Positions 11,721 to 25,505 of a stretch of DNA of 64,000 nucleotides are shown one piece after another; within the stretch, counting starts at the first letter, position 1; each line of letters begins with the position of its first letter. The notes beneath the pieces were generated by a model, which worked only from the letters and a program-made list of their open reading frames with translations, was not told the origin of the DNA and searched no databases. Where the stretch lies: assembly GCA_951406725.2 (NCBI GenBank), contig OX597816.1, forward strand, positions 110,236,001 to 110,300,000, given 5' to 3'. Origin of the DNA: Octopus vulgaris (taxonomy: Eukaryota). The translations under genes were made by a program, and so were the position numbers.

Positions 11721-13065
11721 ATGAGAGAACTTTTTCAATGTCTCTTTTCAAAATGATGACCACTCATGTCCAGATACTGCTTACAAGAAGAGGCAATGAA
11801 ATTGCAAACTTCAGTGTTTCGCTGATTTTTTTTTCCTTCTCGTTCGATGTTTGCCCTTAAATTGTCAATTCTTACCGGCATTATTTTGTTAGTATTTCAA
11901 TAAAAAACATCTATTAATGTAAGGTACAGTGAATGCAGAAGGTATTTTACGGAACCTCCTTTATCTGTTTGTCAAAATCTTATCAACGTAGGCCCTTAAC
12001 TTCGTACGGCTGAGTTGCAGTACCCTAACTTCCTAGAAATAAAACTAATTTCTTTTCATTACTTACCAGGACAGATTGTTTCAGCAACTTCTAATAAAGG
12101 AGACCATTCACATTATTTTCAAATTAGGACTGTCCATTTAATCTTTTTGATGATGAGCCGCACTATAGTGATTTTTCTGGTAATGATGTATTTCTGTAAT
12201 ATGCAGTTTATCAGATTTTCAATTGTGATGCTTATAGAAGCTATTTCTATTGAAATGAAGCCGCATTATTCCAAGCAACCTTTGTCAGTACATGTACCAA
12301 TTATTTCTCAACCATCGCAGCGCGCAGCACTTCTCCCGACCGCAGGTTCATGAGATGGTTGTGATCCGTAAATAGTTTTGAGAAGGAACTAGAAAGAGGG
12401 GAATGAACATGCCACCTGCATGTGCACATCAAATTCGTAAAACGGAAGAGAATAGAAACGCAAAGTCAAGCTAATTACATGATGGTCTATATGCCACATC
12501 TGACTCTACTACGACGAAACTTTGTTGCAGTACACACGCAAAACCCGTCCCATCGTTCGAGATTATTTACATTGCGTGTATGGGTTATTTGTGGAAAGTA
12601 ACGTATAAATACCGCACTTCAAAATGCGGTTGACACTTAATTTTGTAATTCCAATTTCAGCTATACCTTGCTGCTCAGATTTTTGTACATTAGTTATACG
12701 TTTATAGTAACCATTCTTGCACTGTGGAACTCATAGCGGACCGATGTATACTGAAATGTTTCTCGTGAACATTCTATACAGTATGTCACCTGTCTGAATC
12801 ACCTCCAAAACTCTCATTTGACTTCGAATGCATTTTCGCATTACCAATTGCATTTTAGAATGAATTTTCTTTCTTCGAAACTTTGTTCTGCTTCTTTCGT
12901 TGTTTGTATTATTTATAATGGATGCAATAGGAAAAGAACTGAAAATTCAGCGAAATCCCAGAATTTTAGGCGTACGTAAATTATTTCCGCCTCTGTTTAT
13001 GGTCTGTCAGTCTGTCTTTGTCTATCTGGCTTTTCGTCTACAACTGTCTGTCTATCTCTGTATAT

Positions 13066-13280
13066 AATAATAAAGGGTAAAATTAATTAATCAATTAATA
13101 ATTAATAATTTTACCAAGTAGTTCGTTATATTAAAAGAACCATTATTGCAAAAATGTTATAGAAAAATACAAAAATGGTAGTGGAATAGTATTTAACTGC
13201 TATTCCTAAATTTCAGTATGTGGTGAAGCAATTTTTGCTGAACCCTAATTATAATTATGTTTATAATTATAGAATTTTTT
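13066..13280. repeat. Multi-hairpin AT-rich repeat related to 43706-44216
   Basis: Serial hairpins ggtaaaatta..taattttacc and ggaatag..ctattcc; shared motifs with 43706-43890. Confidence 0.5.
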
Positions 13281-13284
13281 CTCT

Positions 13285-13354
<70 letters not shown>

Positions 13355-13369
13355 CTATATATATATATG

Positions 13370-13517
13370 GTTAGCCACTACACACATTTACCTTCTGTAG
13401 AAGAGCGTAGGCTCCAAACGTAAAATCCTTTTTCTATTCCTGAGCGTTATATTAATAAATCTGTTTGTTTTGTACACCACCTGTCTTCGTCTTTTGTTTT
13501 TTTCGTAAAGTCTCCCG
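13370..13517 (+). mobile_element. Family A element; HHR-like motif at 13391-13425 (G12 mutated)
   Basis: cctt CTGTAGA a GAGC gtag GCTC cAAA CGT A aaa; (TA)n on both sides. Confidence 0.85.
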
Positions 13518-13949
13518 ATATATATATATATATATATATGCATTATAATGAATTCAAGCAGTATCAGATTAAACTACCCTGTCATGTAACATACTTAATG
13601 TAAATACACCGCGGTGCGCAAATATGTGCATGAGTGTATTCATACATTTTCTTTACTTTTCATTTATTGTCTATTTTCACTTCTTCAATCGGTGACACAA
13701 TTTTAAATGACAGTTGTTTTTCTAAGATGGTTCTCTACTTTAACTCTTTTTTTAGGTATTCAGCCATTCATATATAGTTTAAAATATTTTCCTCGCTGTT
13801 GTTGTACCATATAAATAACATTATCTGTATTTACAATCCTTACATATATGAATGGTATTTTCCTCAAACACTCCGTACATGCATTTTATACTGACGGACA
13901 TATTTCCTATAATATTTTGAAGTTCTATTACTAGGGCAACAATTTTAGT

Positions 13950-14035
13950 AGAGGGATTAGTCGATTACGTCATGCCTAGTTCTTGAATGGTATTTATTTT
14001 ATCGATACCAAATGGATAAAAGGCAAATTCGACCG
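13950..14035 (-). mobile_element. SINE fragment
   Basis: Reverse complement resembles the body of 38048-38195. Confidence 0.5.
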
Positions 14036-14759
14036 GTCTCCTCTGTAATACAAATGAGTTACATATACCAATCATTTCCTTAGGCAAATCCACTGTTACG
14101 ACACGCATTTTTACAAAATTTTATTGCTTACTTCGATGCTCGCAATGAAAAGTGATACTTTTATATATATTTAACATTTTTAATTTAGGCAGTCATTTTA
14201 AATATTTTGCCAGATAGGGCGCAGATTACGAAAAACATTTTCTCAATGTGTTACATAACTAAGCAAGATTCGTTGATATTAAATCAGACATTAAATATCA
14301 TATACCTAGCTGTATGAAAACATTTATAACCTATTAGAAAATATAATGAATTACTTTATAAATAAATAGTTCAGTGTCTGGCTATACCATTCATAAGGGG
14401 GAACTATGATATATATAGTAATTTTCGTAAAATATTTTTCTATAAGCTTTCATTTTAAACCCAATTTGTTGAGCCTGAAATACAGAGAATATATAACACA
14501 AACATATACGCGTACATAGATATGTTGTACACACGTAAAAATATAAATTTATTTCTTTTTGCATAAATTTTAATATTTTTCTCTTTAAACGAAATGAATG
14601 ACGGTGAATCTATGTGAGTAAGTAAATCATCATTAAAATAAGTGGTTTTCATGACAGAAATGAAAATATTGATAGTGTTTTATTGATACGTTAAAAAACG
14701 TGGTGCATATATTTTTCTCTGTAATTTTCGGTAACTTTTCACGCATACACACGACACTG

Positions 14760-14799
<40 letters not shown>

Positions 14800-14817
14800 T
14801 ATACACACATACACACA

Positions 14818-14858
<41 letters not shown>

Positions 14859-15318
14859 ATACAGGCACAAACATACTTTGTTATATTGCGGGATGATCAA
14901 TTTTTGCCAAATACCTTTATTATTGTTTGAAACCTTTCGTCACACGGCCTCTACGGAGACCGTTAGAAGAATGAAGGATAATTCAATACTGCTGTTTCAA
15001 ACTTTTCGGATCACGTAGGTTAGCGCGAGTCCGATTAATTAGATTCATTTGAAACTAACATCGACGACCAAATTTTAAAATATCCGCAAACATCTCTGCG
15101 TAAAATATCCGCAAACATTTCTTCAGTGAAGATCTACATAGCGCCGAGAGCTTACCGGCTGCTATTTCCAGCATCGATATATATCGAGTATATTAGCACA
15201 CATACATACACATTGTGTATTTATAATTCTACCTTTTATGGTGCTCTATACTTGCTGCAAAGTAATATATTTTAAACCATTTTTATATTTCTTGTATATG
15301 TATATATATGTATGTATG

Positions 15319-15370
<52 letters not shown>

Positions 15371-15372
<2 letters not shown>

Positions 15373-15679
15373 CTAGGAATGTATACCTCTCTGTCTTTGT
15401 CTATGTGTGCATCACTAAAACTCCGGAACTACCCAAACAATTCAAATTTTACATATGCCTTACTTATGGTCCATGGAATGTCATGCTTAATGGGGGGTCG
15501 GAGCTATCCCGTAGACTTTTACATTATTACGTGTCACAAGTGAAAAAATAACATCTCTGTTGTAATGTGTTACTAGTTACACTTTTAATACTTTCACTAT
15601 GTATAAAAATATATGGTTGTGTATATGTTAATAAGCAATAATAAATCTCTGAACGAGATGTAAACAGTAACCGCTCGAC
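15371..15679 (+). mobile_element. Putative non-autonomous Helitron/Helentron-like 5' portion
   Basis: ctag..ctgtctttgtct..aactccggaactacc..ttcaaattttaca layout resembles HINE-like elements; recognition from memory only. Confidence 0.4.
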
Positions 15680-15964
15680 AATGTAAAGTATAATAGCCAT
15701 CTCAATATGGCTAACCACAAGGGGTGGGTGTTACTTCGAGCCCCAGGAGATCATCGTCTCCAGCTGGCTTTAGGCACACTACCTGTGCCCTTATGGTATT
15801 TGCAAAGGCTTACGAGAAAGGGATGACCTCCTTTGCAAATACCATAAGGGCACAGATAGTGTGCCTAAAACCAGCTGGAGACGATGATCTCCTGGGGCTA
15901 AAAGCTTCAGTAACACCCACCCTTTGTGGTTAGCCATATTGAGATGTCTATTATACTCTACATT
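15680..15964. repeat. ~285 bp hairpin (MITE-like fold-back)
   Basis: Arms 15680-15808 and 15830-15964 are near-perfect reverse complements with a ~21-nt spacer. Confidence 0.95.
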
Positions 15965-16011
15965 ATATGTTAATAGTTTCACTTTCAATAGTTCCATTTC
16001 GATTAGTTTCA

Positions 16012-16130
16012 CTATGTTTGTCCCCGCCACCATCGTTTGACAACCGATGTTGGTGTACTTACATCCCTGTACATTAGCGGTTCGGCAGAAGTGTTCGATA
16101 AAATAATGATCAGGTTTACAAAGAATAAAT
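16012..16130 (+). mobile_element. SINE fragment (family of 11299-11720)
   Basis: tgtttgtcccc..cgtttgacaaccgatgttggtg..agcggttcggc..tttacaaagaataa. Confidence 0.75.
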
Positions 16131-16399
16131 CCAGCAACAGTGAGTAGTCGGTGCAGTAGAAATACGTGTAAGTTATTATAATATGCTGCATAACATATTC
16201 AAAATATGTTGTGAATCAACAAGAGTCCATAATCTTTATTATTAATAATTATGTGTGTGTGTATGTGTTTGTGTGCGCGTGTATATACATATATACACAT
16301 ATTTTAAAGACGAAAAAGAAACTGGAGATTGGGAAGTTAATAAATGTTTATTATTAACTGCATTAACAGCAAATTAATCATCTTCACTTACATCTGTTT

Positions 16400-16830
16400 A
16401 TTTGGAATAAAAAATGCAAATTCTCCCTTTTAAACATTCAATTTTGGAGAGAATCCCTTGATGAAGGGCGTGTGTGTGTGTGTGTTTGTGTATGCGTGTA
16501 CCTGTGTACATGTGTGTGTGTCTGTGTGTGTGTGTGTTTGTGTGTGTGTTTGGGAACATGCCCATCTTTATACCGTGTATTTTGGATGTTTTGCATTGAA
16601 AAAGAAAACATGTTTTGCATTAGAGAACGTAAGTATAGCACTTACAAACTACAAAACCTAGCAAAGCTCAGAACGACTCAAGGCCACACAAATACACCTG
16701 AATATTTATATAGATTAGCAGTTATTCCGATATTTGAGTCATATTTTGAATACAAAATGTACTGTCTCCGGTTTTCTTTCAAACATTCAATTTTGGAGAG
16801 AATTTTTTTCAAACATTGAATTTTTGAGAG
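16400..16830 (-). repeat. Inverted copy of the PLE 3' terminal (pLTR-like) region
   Basis: 16748-16807 is the reverse complement of 21071-21129; 16430-16465 of ~20836-20872; 16550-16740 of ~20610-20825. Confidence 0.85.
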
Positions 16831-17430
16831 AATTTGTTAATAAAATGTAATTTAATTCCATTGCTTTTCGGGATTGCGGGTCGTCCTGTCCACATTTTTA
16901 AAGGAGGAAAATTTTTAATTTACCGTCTATGCATTTTGAATTTTCCGTCTCAGATTCTTACTTAATGGAATCTTGCATAATTCTTCTTGTCGCGTATGTT
17001 GCCTGGATTCTTGCACGGTGGCAGATGGAATTATTTGTTTCGCCAATGTAATTTTCTTTGCAGTTTGGGTAGGTAATGCAGTATATGATGTTTTGCGTCT
17101 TGCAGTTCATATCTGCATTTATTTGAATCAGAATCAAACTTACAGCTCAGAAACACGAAAAATACAAAACTTCTCACAGATATATCTAATAAGTTCAATT
17201 TACTTATTTCAAGATTTGACGCCAATGCAGATAAAACTGTGAATGATACCCATACACAAGGTGCTCTAACAACATAGACGAACAAAAAGAAAATAGCAAG
17301 AATTGATATACAACAACAAAATCTTTTGAAGCCACATCTCTGGAAGAAACTTCTTAATCAACGGAATCATGCATATTAGAAAAGCATTCGATGCAAAAAT
17401 ATAGCCAACACCTACATAATTGGCAAAGCA

Positions 17431-20400
17431 ATGAAAGCCCAATCCTGCCCAGAAATTTTATTATTACAGAAATACATGAATCACTGTAAGAGACAGCAAT
17501 ACGTGCGACTAGAAACAGAAATCGCTCTTCTGCAATCACAGAAAATACAAGAAGAGGAATTAAAAATAATTGACGCAGTTACATTTGCTGAAATCGCTGA
17601 GTGGAGAGATAATCAATTTCATGAAAAACTGCAACAACTATTGAATGAAGACACAGAGCGAGAAGAAGAAAAATTTATTAAAATGTGGCAAAAACAAAGC
17701 GAATGGTTCCCTAGTTATGAAAAAATCTATGGAGAAAAATGCATTATGAAAACGAAACGACAACACGAGGAAATTGAAAACAAACATAGACACCAAATCC
17801 AGAGGAACCGGAATAAGGTATCGAACCTCTAATAATCCAAGAACGTATGCGCAAATGACCTCCATTTCACCCCAAGTACAGACTAGAAACCCATATTCAA
17901 CAATAAATAACACTGCAAATATCCAACACGCAAAATATAGAAGACAACCATCAAGCCATAATTTCAAACACCATAGATGGATAAATACAAAGGAAAAAAG
18001 ACATGAAAGACAAATAACGTACAGACAACCACCAACCCGTAATAACATGTACCCTAGATGCACCAATACTTGGGAAAGAAGAAAGACGAATAAAATACGG
18101 ACAGTATAGGTACTATAATATGAATAATAATTATCATGTTAACTCAAGAAACTCACGATTTACAACCAAATATCCCATATATCCTGAATGGCGAAAAAGT
18201 GTGGATGCTGCGAAGAAAACAAAACTTATAATCAAGGGAATCCGCATTAAAGATATGAACCATCCTCCTGCCTACATAGGAACCAGAACGCGGAAATCAG
18301 AAAATGGACACACGGTAACACAATTCCTTTTTTTGTTTAGGGTGAAAATACAAGACCGCTAAAACACAATATTTAAACAAACACAGAGAGCATATAGACC
18401 TGAAAATCATAAAGTTGTCAAACAGAAACCACAACAAGTCTGTAATGTACCTCCTATTGAAAAGTTTCAAGTTTACCTCGACACCCACCCCTAATCTCAT
18501 TGAACTGAAATCTGATATTGAACACATCAACCGCCACCTCGACTTATAGAATTCTTCAGCAGTAAGGATTTAAATGACAGATCAATAGTCAGAAATAAAT
18601 CCCACTTCACCTTCTACAACAGGAGGGACAAATATTTAGACGCGTATATAGACACTATTTTGAAATTGTCCCTAAATACCCACAGATGCAAACAAAACCT
18701 TCGTAAAGATGAAAAGGAAGCATCACAAACACTGAAGAATGACAACGATGCCGATAAAGGAGGGGCGATCGTAATCATGAACAAGGATTATTGTAAGGAT
18801 AAACTATTTGAAATGTTAACAAGCCAAACTTACTACAAGGAAGAACCAAGGCACTCAGAAAAAGCAATAATGAATAAAGTCAGGAGATTAATGAATGAAT
18901 TCTAAGATTCCTTCACAGAGAAGGAGAAAGATCATATATGCAAATTTCTAATCAAAGAGAGCAATTTCTACGGATTACCCAAAGTCCACAAAAGCTCCGA
19001 ACTACAAAGATCCATAAATAAGCAGAGGAACCAGTACGTAAAAATACTAAGGCCTGTTGACCTCAAACTAAGACCAATAGTTGCTGGATTTCAAGCTCCA
19101 ACACAACTAAGAAATTTTTTTTTCGATATACTCCTGAATCCTTTGCGCCTTTTAATACCCAGTCATGTACGGGATGGCAAAGATTTAATACAACACATCC
19201 CTCCCACTGTCATCAACCTCTATGCTAATATACTTCACACTTTAGGCCTAGAAGCAATCAAATATTGGGGAGAGAAACATAGAGGACGGAAAAAGAATGC
19301 TTCAGGACTGACTTCATCACCAAGGCAACACTCCCAGTACTAGAAGAAAATACCTTTAGATTCGACAATAAAACATATCGACAAATAAAAGGGCACGGCT
19401 ATGGATTCGTGGTTTGCACCTTCATGCAAATTTAGTTATGGGATACTTGGAAGGAAAACTTTATGAGGAAGTAGGAAAAAACTTTTGATCAGGAGTACAA
19501 GTGATATATCACTAAAAATTGGAAACGCTTCCTTGATGGTTGTTTCATCATCTGGGACAGATTGAATGAAGATCTAAGTATATTTAACAATATACCGAAT
19601 ATACTTCACCTATCCATTAAATTCACGACAGAATCCAGTTGCAATGAATTACCATTCCTAGATATCCACATAAAAATACAGTCACAAAAGACATTTTGCA
19701 AAAATATGACACACTTGTATTTAAATTTCTACTTTTGCCATCCATCACACATCAACAGCAAGAGAAACATCCAATATAGCATGGAAGACGCATCTGTTTT
19801 ATATTGAGTGAACCCAAAATACGTGAAATCCGAATCAATGAAATCAAAGGGGTTCCTCACAGTGCAGAAATACCCCTTAGGATTAATTAATGAGGGAATT
19901 AAAAAGTCGATGAAACTGAATATCACTCAAGTACGGATACCTAAGGAAAAAGTTAATGAAAATACGATTTCCTTCCTTAACACACATAGTCCTGGAATAA
20001 CCAACATCTTTCGCGCCATAAACCTACAAAGCCCCAAAATGAAAATTCTGATAAAAAAAAAATCTGATTGAAAAAAAACACCTTACAAAATAGTAGACGC
20101 CAATCAAAAAATGTTTAAGAAAACACCTTACAAGGGCAGAATTCAAATCAGAGAATGAATCAGAATTCTTAGTAAAACAATTTGGAGAATGGAGATGTGG
20201 AAAATGCAACAACAACAACAAACAACTTCAAATACTTATAATGTGGTTCCCACACAAATTTCAAGAGCGGATCCGTTTTCAATGCAGATATGAACTGGAA
20301 GACGCAAAACATCATATACTGCATTACCTGCCGAAACTGCAAAGAAAATTACATTGGCGAAACAAATAATTCCCTTTGCTAACGTGCAAGAATCCACATG

Positions 20401-20580
20401 CAACATATCCCACAAGAGGAATTCCGCAAGATTCCATTAAGTGAGGATCTGGAAATATGCAGAGACCGAAAATTCAAAATTTTTCCTCTTTTACAAAAGT
20501 GCACTGGACGATCTGCAATCTCGAAAAGCAATGGAATTACATTTCATCAAAACATTCTCTCCAAAATTGAATGTTTGAAT
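17431..20580 (+). pseudogene. PLE polyprotein pseudogene (N-terminal region, RT, GIY-YIG endonuclease)
   Basis: Motifs ADKGGAIVIMNK, FYGLPKVHK, LRPIVAG, VINLYANI, FRFDNKTYRQIK-G-TAM, WKRFLDGCFIIW (19520), SIKFT..LPFLDI, CGKC, NIIYCITCRNCKENYIGET (20308-20364); many stops and frameshifts. Confidence 0.92.
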
Positions 20581-21317
20581 GAACAGAAGAGACAGTATAT
20601 TTAGTGTTCTAAATTTGAATATCGGGAAAAAAATGCTCATCTCTGTAAACATTCAGGTGTTTACGTGTGGCATTAAGATGTTCTGAGATTTGCGGTTTTT
20701 TATAGTTTCTATATGTTATAGTAATGTTTACTAATGCAAAAACATGAAATTGAAAGAGGCGTGACTTTGTTTGTCAATGCAAACCATTGAAGATATACAG
20801 TATAAACATGGACATGTTCCTCCCACACTGACACATTTCATCAAGGGATTCTCCCCAAAATTGAATGTTTGAAGATAAAGTGGAGAATTGGCATTTTTAT
20901 TCCAAATGTGGCTCATCTCTACAAATGTTCAGGTAAATATATGTTTAGCATTGGGATGTTCTAGCTTTGCATATATAAACATATATGTATATATTTAATT
21001 TCATTTATTTTTTAAATTATTAATTTTTAGATATCATACTGATGTTTTTCATGCAGATCTATTTCATCCAAAAATTCCCTCCAAAATTGAATATTTGAAA
21101 GAAAAGTGGATACAGTACATTTTGTATTCTAAAATGAAGTCAAAGAGAATAATAAGAAAGAAAGAGGGGGGAGGAAGAGAGGAGAAAAGAGAAAAAGAGG
21201 GGAAGGGAGAAAGAAAGCAAAAATACTGTCAGTGATGACCATGACCCATTCCAATACAATGGTAAATGACTAATTAAATAAATTAATGGTGAATGGAAAG
21301 AGGAATCCTCTTTCTCC

Positions 21318-21350
<33 letters not shown>

Positions 21351-21835
21351 TCTATCTCTCTATCTATCTATCTATCTTTCTATCTTCGTGAATATCTACC
21401 TATGTCTGTTTGTATGTATGTATGTATGTATGTATGTATCTATCTATCTATTTGCCTATCTGTCAGCCTATCAACATTCCTATATTTCTACGTATCTTTT
21501 TCCATCGTCATGGAACCTGAACCAAAAACAAAACAAAAATTTTTTAAAAATAGTTTCTCCTCTTCGAAACGAAAACCCTCCAAAACATCTGCTTTATATA
21601 AATGAACAAGCTGTTTGTACATTCACCAAATTTTATTTGACAAGTTCGAGAAACGAACGAAAGCACTAATAAAAATGAAGAAATAAAAAAATTTTTTTCG
21701 AAAATTTTGACGACTTTTTCTCAAATATATATATATATATATACAGTATACAATAATATGTTACATATATTCCTCTATTTACATAATATTGAGGATGTAA
21801 CATATTATTGTATAGATAAATGTCCTATATATACA

Positions 21836-21881
<46 letters not shown>

Positions 21882-22842
21882 CAATCAATCGTTGATGACA
21901 TGATTAGGTTGTGCTATGTTTACCACACTTGATGATCTGTATCCGCCACTGCTAATACTATATGCATTTTATACATTCATTATCGTTATCTAAAACGACA
22001 CTGACCTTGTAAACATAATGTAATAGCATCAAGGGTTTTCGTAGTTGTGCCTGCTTCTATTGTGTAAATGCGTACATTTTGGGCGCTATAAATTTGTAAC
22101 TAATTCAGTAAGGCGTTTTCATACGTAGATTTTCTTTCGGTGAAAATGATTTTTGTAGGCTGTGTAAGAGCCATGTGAGTGTTTGTGTACAATGAATGAT
22201 GCGGCAATGTCTGTTAATTCGTCATGAAACATCGGATTAAAAGTATTTGATATAATGGCAAAATGTGGTGACTATGAATGGTATGCGTATGACAGATATT
22301 TCACTTACGTTGATGAGTTTTATGATAGGTCATATTTTATATCTTCCGACGATGCTACAATACAAAAAGCCTATTTCATGTGTGATAATTGAATTTTATT
22401 GATTTAGTCGCAGATTTCGATGTACTTAATGTAGGTTTGAACAATAGTGCACATGTGACTCCGATGCTATCTATGCATTCACCAGCGATTATTTTTAGTT
22501 ATAAATCTGTAGAAAGGTCATGGAAATATAGGTTAAAAGGAGCTGGATAGCGGTAGATTATTTCCGCTGTTTCATAAAGAGATTTGTGATTAAGCAATAT
22601 TTTTACTGTTGCATATTACATTGTTTTTTTAATGTGCATGCTTGCCTGTTATTTTGATGAGATAAAGTGTCTAATACATTCGAATATTTCACTGATATTA
22701 AAGTAACTATGGTTGCCCATTTGGAATGAATAATTTTTGGTGAAGCCTTGATGCATATTTTGAATGATATTTCTTTGAGATGTAGGATAAATGAATGGTA
22801 GGATAAATTTGTTCTGTAAACTGTGCAGAGAAATGTGCAAAT

Positions 22843-23192
22843 AGGCGCCCGTGTGGGTGTGTATTTAGAAGTTTGATTTCCAAAAACGTGGTTCAGCCCC
22901 AGTACGTGGCACGTTGAGCAGTCGATTTCACTATAATGTTGAGCGGACCAAAGCCTTGTAAGTGGATTCCGTAGACGGTAACTGAAAGAAGCCTGTCATA
23001 TATATATATATATATATATGTGTGTGTATGTGTGTGTATGATGTCACACGCCACTGCTTTTCAAACGGTGATGCTGTGTCTACGTCTCCGTAAGCCAAAT
23101 ACATACTGGTGGTGATTTATTTGATAAAAAGTACTTCAAGGTGGTGCCCCAGCATGGCCACAGTCTAATGACTTGAACAAATAAAGGATGAA
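22843..23192 (+). mobile_element. tRNA-derived SINE (family of 11299-11720), degraded
   Basis: aggcgc..gtgggtgtg..gtggttcagccccagtacgtggcac..gtagacggtaactgaaagaagcc..cccagcatggccacagtc. Confidence 0.85.
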
Positions 23193-25441
23193 AGTGCCAA
23201 TGGTTAGCATATCATCTATGAGATTTGTCAACATGCATATAGAACATTATATGAATAGGTTTTATTTAAGGTTTTATTTCTCTTGATGTTTAAATATGCA
23301 ATGATTTTAAACATCTTTCAGATTAAGAAGATTTTTGTGAGGAAAAAAAATGAGTAGAATCGCTATATGATGTTGAGAAATATGCCTGTGATTTTATTGG
23401 TACAAGAGACATTTTTGCTTTTCGATGTCACTGGAGATTCTCTCGAGGCTGAAGACACTGTCAATGCTTTACTCTATATCTAATCTTATTTTTAAGTGTA
23501 GTGTCTGTGATATTTTGTAATTTAATTTCAAGATGTGTTTGATGAGTTACTTTCGATTTTGGATTTAGTGCAGGATGATCGAAATGAATTGGAATATAGA
23601 GGTGGAAGACATAGGCTGTCAAATGTCTCATTTTATTTGATTTTTAATTATCTATAGTATATTCGGAGCAATGAGAAAGACATGATCATAAGAGAAGTTT
23701 GATTGCATATGTAATTAAATTTACTGAACTTTGCAAATGTTTAGTTAATGATGTTCAAATATTTTCAAAGTATATAGAGAAAACTTGCATTATTCTTAAT
23801 AAACATCATATACAACAATGGGGGTATAAAACATCTACGTTTCGTATATGCTCCACGCCTTAATCAACAATTATGTAACTGAAAAGAAAAAGAGATAATC
23901 AAGGCAGTGTCTCACTCCAGGTGCCAATATTTATGCTCGTTTGAAAATGCTCATTGTAAAAATAATATCCAACTAAAATCCAGTTAGTTTTGATTTGTCT
24001 TTTCGTCTTTAAAATATTAGGGGAGTTTCTTCGTCAGAATTCTCTTTTATTATAAATAACATCATTGTTCCTCTTCAACCTTGAAATTATTCAATTATAC
24101 TTCACACACAAAATTGAAAAGAGATTATATAAATATATTTGTCCCTTTATGTTCTGAGATGTGTCAGGAACCAAAGCTAGTCGAAGATCAAATTCCAGTA
24201 ATCAATTTGATAAGAATAGCAATTTTTGATTTGTGCCAATCTATTATGTGTTCGTAACTTTGGAGCGTCCTACAAGTTAGACCGGAATGTATTAGCTGGT
24301 TTCTAATAAATGATATAATTGAGTATTCATATTACTTTTCTGAAACCAGTTTCAATCTGAATTTAATCTTTAATATATTTACTTCCGTATATAATGCATT
24401 AAAACCATAAGATTACCTTCCTTTAATGATTCATTTTAATTATATATTGACAGATCACGTACATTCTATATCTCATGTTTTTATTTGTAAAATTGCAGAT
24501 GCTTGGTAGATAGAATTGAATAAATAACTAAAGACGCACATAATCCCCCGCGCTTTCTTGGCTGTAGTTGTTACTAGTACACTAGATAGTGGTGAGAAGA
24601 CTCGATCATTGGAAAAATACTTGTATTATAAAAATAAAATAAATGTGAAGCTAGACAAAAGTCAGAATTCTCTGATGAAAAAGACAAAACGTCATATTAT
24701 ACATTTACTTCAATAATCTTTCAAGTCACTGTTCATTGGTTTCATGCGGAGAAGTTCCGTCCTGCTAAATGTCGATCAGTTTACTTTGGCGTGTGTGAAA
24801 AGATAGCATGGGTATTCTCTCCTGGTTCTTCACAGTTTACTTATCACGGACGTTTAAGAATAAGAATATATATTTGAAACCCCCCACCCCCAGATATTCA
24901 AGATGTGTAATTAGTATCATTTTTGCTTGAAGTGTAAAAGTTATGTTTTGTGTAAATATGCATACAAAGTTACCGATAACGTTGTGACTGTTTTCATTTG
25001 TGTAGCTAGAACATACTGAAGTTATAAAATCTATATTCGTATCCAAATTCCTGTTCTAGTGCATAAATGACCCACACTCTCAAAAACAGAAAAATATTTC
25101 TGATACAAACATTATGTTATTTAAAAGCACATTTTGTAGCTGGGTGTGAGTCAGCGTTAAGAAATGAGAATTAGAGATAAATCTATGATCGAAGTTCAGC
25201 TGAATAATTCGGTATTAATTTCACGAATTCACAAGGATAAACTCCCTATCCATTCATAAGGCATATATATCATAATCCCTAGCAGTGTGTTATGGACAAC
25301 CAGCATGCAGATTTATATAATGCCAAAACACCCTCAGCAATGGTTTTATTTTCAACGCTACAGTTATTGTAGTTATGAATCAAAGTTATGTCTCTAATAC
25401 ACATAACCTAATCTTTTTGCACACAGATACATTTGTTTGTT

Positions 25442-25505
<64 letters not shown>

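Larger units (their letters stand above)
16400..21130 (+). mobile_element. Decayed Penelope-like retroelement, probably Neptune-type
   Basis: RT and C-terminal GIY-YIG relics between inverted pLTR-like repeats; ends approximate. Confidence 0.9.

Noticed and set aside
12500-12930. Possible hAT transposase relic on the minus strand
   Set aside because: Only vague motif echoes; not supportable without a search.
14987-15057. Minus-strand CAAATGA...GAAA CAGCAGT A
   Set aside because: Two core mismatches and no stem I; a simple hairpin explains it equally well.
24668-24696. CTGATGA aaaagac AAAACGTC
   Set aside because: No G12 and no stem II.
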